Assembly (NCBI GenBank): GCA_045656005.1
Contig: JAZOQG010000003.1
Coordinates: 2,226 to 66,225, forward strand
Source: Clostridia bacterium
GTDB lineage: Bacteria > Bacillota > Clostridia > UMGS1883 > UMGS1540
Reading direction: 5' to 3'
DNA length: 64,000 nt
Under the pieces are notes generated by a model, which worked only from the letters and a program-made list of their open reading frames with translations, ran no database searches and had not been told where the DNA came from. Below, in pieces: positions 58,159-64,000 of the stretch (its first letter is position 1; each line of letters opens with the position of its first letter). Made by a program: the position numbers and the translations under genes.

Positions 58159-59112
58159 TTACAAAACCTCCTTTTTTGCGCCTGTTGTAATTTTAATAAA
58201 TGTTTCTTCGAGTGATGTTTCTCTTGGACGCATACCAAGTAGCGGTGCATTAATTTCCGCCATTTTATAGAAAACATCTTCTCTTATATCGCGCTCTGCC
58301 TCAATACCGAGGTCATAAATTCCTGCCTCATCTGCAAGGCGTGGATTTATGCGGATGATACCTTCGATGCTGCGAAGAGCATCAACTATAGTATCTTTTT
58401 CGCCTTTGATGCGAGCGATATATCTGTGAGCTTTGCTCTTGGTTTGTGAAAGATTTTCAGTTTTGTCAGAGGCTACGATTTTACCCTCATTTATAATTAC
58501 AATTCTGTCACAAACTGCGCTGATTTCGCTTAATATATGCGAACTTAATATAACTGAGTGGCCACGGCCTAACTTTTTGATTACGTTTCTTATTTCGATA
58601 ATCTGTCCGGGGTCAAGACCTACTGTAGGCTCGTCCAAAATAAGGATTTTGGGGTCACCTATAAGTGCTGCCGCAAGACCTACTCTCTGCTTATAACCTT
58701 TGGAAAGGTTTTTAATGAGTCTGCCTGAAACATCATTTATTTTCACTTTGTCGCAAATTTCGGTTATATGTTCCTTTTGGTTTCCTGAAACGCCTTTAAG
58801 CTCGTACACGAAATTTAAGTATTCCTCCACAGTCATATCAAGATAAAGGGGAGGGAGCTCGGGAAGATAGCCTATGTTCTTTTTTGCCTCGCTACCAAGG
58901 TTTAAAACATTTTCGCCGTCAATTAAAATTTCACCGTCGGTTGAGGAAATATATCCGCAAATCATATTCATTGTAGTGGTTTTTCCTGCACCGTTAGGTC
59001 CCAAAAGACCTACAATTTCATTGTCGTCAACGGAAAAGCTTATGTCATCAACGGCTTTTTTAATGCCGTTTTTGCCTTTATAATGCTTTGATAAGTTTTT
59101 AATTTCTATCAA
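58159..59112 (-). CDS. ABC transporter ATP-binding protein (GldA-like)
   Basis: Walker A GPNGAGKTT, signature LSKGYKQRVGLAAAL, Walker B ILILDEPTVGLDP. Confidence 0.8.
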   Translation of the reverse strand: MIEIKNLSKHYKGKNGIKKAVDDISFSVDDNEIVGLLGPNGAGKTTTMNMICGYISSTDGEILIDGENVLNLGSEAKKNIGYLPELPPLYLDMTVEEYLNFVYELKGVSGNQKEHITEICDKVKINDVSGRLIKNLSKGYKQRVGLAAALIGDPKILILDEPTVGLDPGQIIEIRNVIKKLGRGHSVILSSHILSEISAVCDRIVIINEGKIVASDKTENLSQTKSKAHRYIARIKGEKDTIVDALRSIEGIIRINPRLADEAGIYDLGIEAERDIREDVFYKMAEINAPLLGMRPRETSLEETFIKITTGAKKEVL

Positions 59113-59175
59113 GGTTTTTTACTCCTTTCCATAAAAATGCAGGACAGAAAAGTTGTTTTCCTGCCCGCATTTATA

Positions 59176-60963
59176 CTATTCTTCGTCTTTTTTAATTATC
59201 GCAATGCCAAGTTCCTCAAGCTGTTTTTCGTCAACTGTGTCGGGGGCATGTGTCATAAGCTCTGATGCGTTTTGGACTTTGGGGAACGCAATTACGTCAC
59301 GGATTGACTTACAACCGCAAAGAAGCATAACAAAGCGGTCAAGACCATATGCCATACCGCCGTGAGGAGGTGTGCCATATTTAAATGCTTCAAGAAGGAA
59401 GCCAAAGCGGTTCCATGCTTCTTCTTCGCTCATGCCGATGGCCTTAAACATTTTTGACTGAAGAGACTGATTATGAATTCTTATACTTCCGCCGCCAAGC
59501 TCTGTACCATTTAAAATAATGTCATAAGCCTTTGCAAGTGCCTTTTCGGGAGCAGTTTCAATAAGCTCCATATCTTCATCACGGGGTGAAGTGAAGGGGT
59601 GGTGCATTGCAACAAAGCGGTTTTCTTCCTCGTCATATTCAAAGAGCGGGAAGTCTGTAACCCAAAGAAGGTTAAATTTATTCTCGTCGATAAGACCCAT
59701 TTTTTCTGCAACATGAAGTCTTAAGTTGCCAAGTGAGTCAAATACAACTTTATCTTTATCTGCAACAATAAGTATAAGGTCGCCTTTTTCTGCTTTTGCG
59801 GCGGACAATATGGCTGAAAATTCTTCTTCGGAGAAGAATTTCGCGATGGGGCTCTTAACTTCTTCTTCCTGCCATGAAATCCAGGCAAGACCTTTTGCCC
59901 TGTATGTTTTTGCAAATTCGCCGAGTGCATCTATTTCGCGGCGTGTAAAGCTGCCTGCGCCGCCTTTAACTGTAATACAGCGAACACTTCCTCCATTTTC
60001 TACTGCGTCAGCGAACACTTTAAAGCCGCATCCCTTTACTGCATCTGAAAGGTTTATAAGCTCCATTTCAAAACGTGTGTCAGGTTTGTCGGAACCGTAG
60101 CGCTCCATTGCCTCTTTATAAGGCATTCTCTGGAAAGGAACTGAAATGTCAATTCCCTTGATTTCTTTAAATACTCTCTGAATAAATCTTTCGTTAACTT
60201 CCATAACGTCATCTGCGTCAACGAAAGACATTTCAAGGTCAATCTGAGTAAACTCAGGCTGACGGTCTGCTCTTAAATCCTCGTCACGGAAGCATTTTGC
60301 AATCTGCATATATCTGTCAAAGCCTGAAACCATAAGTATCTGCTTATAAAGCTGGGGTGACTGCGGAAGTGCGTAAAAGCAACCGCTGTGAACTCGGCTC
60401 GGTACAAGGTAATCTCTTGCACCTTCAGGTGTACTTTTTTGAAGAATTGGAGTTTCGATTTCTGCAAAGCCGTTCTGGTCAAAGAAATCTCTCGCAATTT
60501 TTGCAATTCTGTGGCGGATAAACATGTTCTCCTGCACACAGGGACGTCTTAAATCAAGGTATCTGTATTTAAGTTTTACATCGTCACGAACATTTACATC
60601 GTCAACTATTGCAAAGGGAGGAGTTTCCGACTGTGACAAAATACGAATTTCGGAAACCTTAACCTCGTATGCACCTGTTTTCATATCAGGATTTACCATG
60701 TCAGGCTCTCTTTTTACCAAAGTTCCTTTTGCCGCAACAACAAATTCGTTACGGAGTTTCTCTGCAAGAGCATAATTTTCTTTATCATTTTCGTCAACTA
60801 CAAGCTGCAAAAGACCTGATTTGTCACGAAGGCTTACGAATATAAGCGCACCTAAATTTCTTGCACGCTGTACCCAGCCCATTACAACAACTTCTTTTGA
60901 CACATCGTTTTCGGAAACTTCTGTACAAAGATGAGTTCTCTTTAGTCCCTTAAGTGTATTCAT
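59176..60963 (-). CDS. aspS: Aspartate--tRNA ligase
   Basis: 595 aa. N-terminal OB fold (RTHLCTEV...GWVQRARNLGALIFVSLRD) and class II motifs (FRDEDLRADRQPEF; GGGSIRIH). Confidence 0.9.
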   Translation of the reverse strand: MNTLKGLKRTHLCTEVSENDVSKEVVVMGWVQRARNLGALIFVSLRDKSGLLQLVVDENDKENYALAEKLRNEFVVAAKGTLVKREPDMVNPDMKTGAYEVKVSEIRILSQSETPPFAIVDDVNVRDDVKLKYRYLDLRRPCVQENMFIRHRIAKIARDFFDQNGFAEIETPILQKSTPEGARDYLVPSRVHSGCFYALPQSPQLYKQILMVSGFDRYMQIAKCFRDEDLRADRQPEFTQIDLEMSFVDADDVMEVNERFIQRVFKEIKGIDISVPFQRMPYKEAMERYGSDKPDTRFEMELINLSDAVKGCGFKVFADAVENGGSVRCITVKGGAGSFTRREIDALGEFAKTYRAKGLAWISWQEEEVKSPIAKFFSEEEFSAILSAAKAEKGDLILIVADKDKVVFDSLGNLRLHVAEKMGLIDENKFNLLWVTDFPLFEYDEEENRFVAMHHPFTSPRDEDMELIETAPEKALAKAYDIILNGTELGGGSIRIHNQSLQSKMFKAIGMSEEEAWNRFGFLLEAFKYGTPPHGGMAYGLDRFVMLLCGCKSIRDVIAFPKVQNASELMTHAPDTVDEKQLEELGIAIIKKDEE

Positions 60964-62222
60964 TATTTATCCTCCTCAATAAAACGGGCGATAGCTTCGG
61001 CAGTTAACGAAACTTCATATCCTTCGCCGTTTTCCATGTTTTTAAGTTTTATTTTTCCAGATGCGACTTCATCACCGCCGACCACAACGGAATATCTGGC
61101 TCCCATTCTGTCAGCATTTTTCATCTGTGCTTTAAGGCTTTTGCCCTCAAGGTCACACATTGCATGAATTCCTGAATTTCGAAGTTCTGAAACAATTTTC
61201 AAAACTGCATCAAATTCGCCCATAGATGCAACATATATATCGGGCTTTGGTGCATCGGGGAAGGTTACTCCCTGAGCCTGCATTACGAGAAGTATTCTTT
61301 CAAGTCCCATTGCAAAGCCGATGCCGGGGGTTGGGTTTCCGCCGAGGGACTCTACAAGGTTATCATATCTTCCGCCGCCGCAAACTGTGCCTTGTGCGCC
61401 TATATCATTTGAAACAAATTCAAAAACTGTTTTTGTGTAGTAGTCAAGTCCTCTTACGATTGAAGGGTCAACATTGAAGGAAACTCCCATATCGCCGAGG
61501 TATTTTTTTGTTTTTTCAAAGTGGTCACGGCAATCATTACAAATACTGTCAAGAATTGAAGGTGCGCCTGCCGCAACTTCCTTACATGCAGGGTTTTTAC
61601 AGTCAATAATTCTCATTGGGTTTTTGTGAAGTCTTTCATGGCAGGTGGGACACAAGGTGTCAAGATGCTCTGAAAGATAATCTGTAAGTGCCTTGTGGTA
61701 AACCTTTCTGCACTCGGGGCAACCGATACTGTTAATATTTAAGGTAAGTCCCTTAAGACCTAAATTTTTGAAAATCATATCAACAAGTGCAATTATTTCT
61801 GCATCCATTGCAGGAGAGTCACTTCCGTAGCTTTCAACACCAAACTGGTGAAACTCTCTCATTCTGCCTGCCTGTGGTTTTTCATAGCGGTAGCAGGTCA
61901 AATCATAATAAAGTTTTACGGGAGCGGGAAGAGCATAAAGAGAATGTTCGATATATGCTCTTGCGGCAGATGCCGTGCCCTCAGGGCGAAGTGTAATACT
62001 TCTGCCTGCTTTATCCTCAAAAGTGTACATTTCTTTCTGAACAACATCGGTAGTGTCACCGACACCTCTTAAAAACAGTTCTGTGTGTTCAAAAACAGGT
62101 GTTTCAATTCGGCTATATCCGAAAAGTGCTGCCGTTTCAGCGGCAACTGTGCGCAAATGGCGCCATTTATGTGAATCGTCGGGCAGTATGTCCGCAGTTC
62201 CTCTGGGTGCTTTTGTAAGCAT
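60963..62222 (-). CDS. hisS: Histidine--tRNA ligase
   Basis: PRGTADILP, class II motif 2 (RYEKPQAGRMREFHQ) and motif 3 (GGGRYD). Its stop overlaps the aspS start by 1 nt. Confidence 0.9.
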   Translation of the reverse strand: MLTKAPRGTADILPDDSHKWRHLRTVAAETAALFGYSRIETPVFEHTELFLRGVGDTTDVVQKEMYTFEDKAGRSITLRPEGTASAARAYIEHSLYALPAPVKLYYDLTCYRYEKPQAGRMREFHQFGVESYGSDSPAMDAEIIALVDMIFKNLGLKGLTLNINSIGCPECRKVYHKALTDYLSEHLDTLCPTCHERLHKNPMRIIDCKNPACKEVAAGAPSILDSICNDCRDHFEKTKKYLGDMGVSFNVDPSIVRGLDYYTKTVFEFVSNDIGAQGTVCGGGRYDNLVESLGGNPTPGIGFAMGLERILLVMQAQGVTFPDAPKPDIYVASMGEFDAVLKIVSELRNSGIHAMCDLEGKSLKAQMKNADRMGARYSVVVGGDEVASGKIKLKNMENGEGYEVSLTAEAIARFIEEDK

Positions 62223-62337
62223 ACTGATTCCTCCTTTAAAAAAATTGCATTATAAAAAAAGCCATATTATATTGTACATTATTTTATATACTAATGTCAA
62301 GTTTTTTATTATTTATATGGGGAGAATCACAGAAAAA

Positions 62338-62817
62338 TTAACAAAGACACAGATTAATAACTTGTTTATTTTGTTTTCTGGCATATTTTAAGGCGGATGC
62401 AGTACCACCAGAGCTTTCTTTGGAGTAAAAAATAACAAGGTCACTTCTGTCAATCATTTCGTGATTTCGGATGGTAATTGCGGATTTAAAATGAGAGGTG
62501 CGTGACGAGTGACATATTTCAATTGAGTCATAATATTCCTCGAAATATTCGGCGCTGTTTTTATATTCTGCAGTAGGATAGGGGAGAACGAGAGTGAGAC
62601 AAGTGTAAAAATCATCTTCTCTTTCTTTCAGTATGCGTTTTATAACGGAAGTGGCAAAGGTGTCAAATTCGCCGTTTCTGCCGATAAGAAGATTAATGTA
62701 TGTATGAGAAGAGAGAACAGAGCGGATAATTTCCTCTAGTTTTTCTTCGTATTTCGAGTGTTCACAAAAATCTCTGTGACCGAAAAAAGTTACTGTAAAT
62801 GTATCCATGTTTATCAC
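62338..62817 (-). CDS. Hypothetical Rossmann-like protein (possible SLOG/YpsA-DprA-LOG superfamily)
   Basis: FTVTFFGHRDF...LLIGRNGEFDTFA...SGGTASALKYARKQNKQVINL. The Gly-rich phosphate-binding-like motifs resemble SLOG domains. Low certainty. Confidence 0.3.
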   Translation of the reverse strand: MINMDTFTVTFFGHRDFCEHSKYEEKLEEIIRSVLSSHTYINLLIGRNGEFDTFATSVIKRILKEREDDFYTCLTLVLPYPTAEYKNSAEYFEEYYDSIEICHSSRTSHFKSAITIRNHEMIDRSDLVIFYSKESSGGTASALKYARKQNKQVINLCLC

Positions 62818-62944
62818 CTTCGTTTAAAATAGATATTTAACTAATTATATCTAAATAAACTGGACATGTCAATTGAAATTAATGAATAAACCAAACTAAA
62901 ACAAGGGCAACATATAGTACAATTAGACACAGAGGAGTGGTGAC

Positions 62945-63253
62945 ATGGAGAAACATGAATTTAGTTTAAGACTTTCAAAATTGCGTTTAAACAAAGGCGT
63001 TTCAGCAAGAGATATGAGTTTATCCATAGGTCAAAGTCCTGGTTATATAAATAACATTGAAACAGAAGTTAATTTTCCTTCTATGACAGTTTTCTTTTAT
63101 ATTTGTGAATACCTTGGAGTTACACCTGCTCAGTTTTTTGATGAGGGAGTATCAAACCCTACAAGAATTAGTGAAATTACTGAAAAAATTAAAAAACTTG
63201 ATGATAAACAACTTGATATTATTTTAGCACTTGTAAATGATATGATAAAATAG
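62945..63253 (+). CDS. XRE-family HTH transcriptional regulator (102 aa)
   Basis: LRLSKLRLNKGVSARDMSLSIGQSPGYINNIE is an HTH_XRE domain. Confidence 0.65.
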   Translation: MEKHEFSLRLSKLRLNKGVSARDMSLSIGQSPGYINNIETEVNFPSMTVFFYICEYLGVTPAQFFDEGVSNPTRISEITEKIKKLDDKQLDIILALVNDMIK

Positions 63254-63462
63254 ACGAGAGTAGAAAAATGCAAACTATGGTTTTTGAAAAAAATTCTTTC
63301 GACTGCCGAAAAATTGCCAATAACTTTTACTGCTGCTGAATTGGCAATTTTAGATGTGCATGTCGCTATGTGCGACATTCTCATCAGCGGCATAAAGAAA
63401 GAATTTTTTCAAAAACAAAATCCGCTAATATTACATAAACTGCTCGCAATAATTTTACGCCC

Positions 63463-63542
63463 CTGCGAGGCCGTTGGGGTTGAAGGGGGAATCGGAACCC
63501 CCTTCGTTTTGGTGACTTTTGCGCCAAAAGTCACACCTCGTA
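63463..63542 (+). ncRNA. Candidate structured RNA element (three-way junction: closing stem plus two perfect hairpins)
   Basis: Closing stem cgagg/cctcg. Hairpin 1 gaaggggg-aatcggaa-cccccttc. Hairpin 2 gtgacttttg-cgc-caaaagtcac (10 bp). Lies inside a weak 177-aa ORF of low-complexity hydrophobic sequence. Confidence 0.3.
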
Positions 63543-63934
63543 GAGAAAGAATAAAAAAATATTGGCAAAAACAAAAGTTTGGTATTTGTGACTTGTTTTG
63601 CCTTTTTGTGATCTGTGCATTTTATCAAGCCCTTTTACATTATTTTTTCTCTTCGTCTATGCTTTCCCCATCCCATATACTGTCAAGCTTCATTTTATGT
63701 GTCATTTCAGGGTTTTCATGTTCCATTTGTGCATTATGGTATTTCGGGAGATTAATATTTCTTGGGTCTTTGCCTTTTGCCTGTTTTTTCAAAAAAATCA
63801 CCATCCTTATAAATTAGTATATCAACTTTTAGGAGAATTTTGCATTAAAATTTAATTTTTTTGGAAGGGTTTTGGGAAATGTTGTTGAATACATATTAAG
63901 AATACATATTTTGTAATTTGGAGGTTTAGTACAA

Positions 63935-64000
63935 ATGACTTTAAAGGATTTTAGTTTGGAAGGTAAAGTTGCACTTATTACAGGTGCTTCTTACGGAATA
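63935..64000 (+). CDS. SDR-family oxidoreductase (N-terminal fragment; runs off the window)
   Basis: RBS GGAGG. MTLKDFSLEGKVALITGASYGI is the TGxxxGxG Rossmann motif. Confidence 0.6.
   Translation, partial: MTLKDFSLEGKVALITGASYGI

Noticed and set aside
62223-62337. Expected T-box leader upstream of hisS-aspS
   Set aside because: Only about 115 bp precede hisS, and no T-box consensus (AATTAGGGTGGNACCGCG) is present here or upstream of the next gene. hisS-aspS are probably co-transcribed with the upstream gene or regulated otherwise.
63284-63817. 177-aa ORF after the XRE regulator
   Set aside because: It has no RBS and is hydrophobic and low-complexity. It is also densely populated by perfect inverted repeats and hairpins. 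It is more likely non-coding or structured DNA and RNA, which is reported as a finding instead.

Overview
The window reads as a low-GC, spore-forming Firmicutes chromosome segment, probably Clostridia (Oscillospiraceae/Ruminococcaceae-like). The grounds are the spoIIAA-spoIIAB-sigF operon with a SigH-type promoter and Spo0A box, GerM, a SipL-like LysM protein, SLH-domain S-layer proteins, ClpE, and an rpsF-ssb-rpsR cluster. It is mostly housekeeping: ispE, galU, secA, prfB, glyA, nth, hisS, aspS, glnA, purC, birA, gltA. Accessory islets sit next to tRNA-Arg and tRNA-fMet. I found no CRISPR array, no intact IS or transposase, and no obvious defence genes. The signals that looked most unusual are:
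(1) A promoter, a roughly 115-nt structured leader with nested long-range helices, an intrinsic terminator, and then an RBS plus a 54-aa ORF. This riboswitch-like locus sits in a small island beside tRNA-fMet that is bounded by duplicated terminators and carries a tRNA 3'-fragment.
(2) A family of about 90-nt intergenic elements, three copies within 8 kb, each with a conserved 10-bp terminal stem and either an identical or a variable core.
(3) Five DnaA boxes clustered upstream of the spoIIA promoter.
(4) An XRE repressor divergent from a perfect TTGACA-17-TATAAT promoter with a 20-bp palindromic operator, driving a minimal membrane-anchored GGDEF cyclase next to tRNA-Arg.
(5) A candidate small RNA or 13-aa micro-ORF downstream of the DUF624 gene.
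(6) A FliB/YkgJ-like CxxCxxCC protein whose conserved N-terminus can only be reached from a non-AUG (ATT) start.
(7) An orphan PqqD/RRE-like protein between an OPT transporter and PepD.
(8) A compact three-way-junction RNA-like element near the window end.
All functional calls rest on motif recognition in the translated ORFs and have not been checked by database search.
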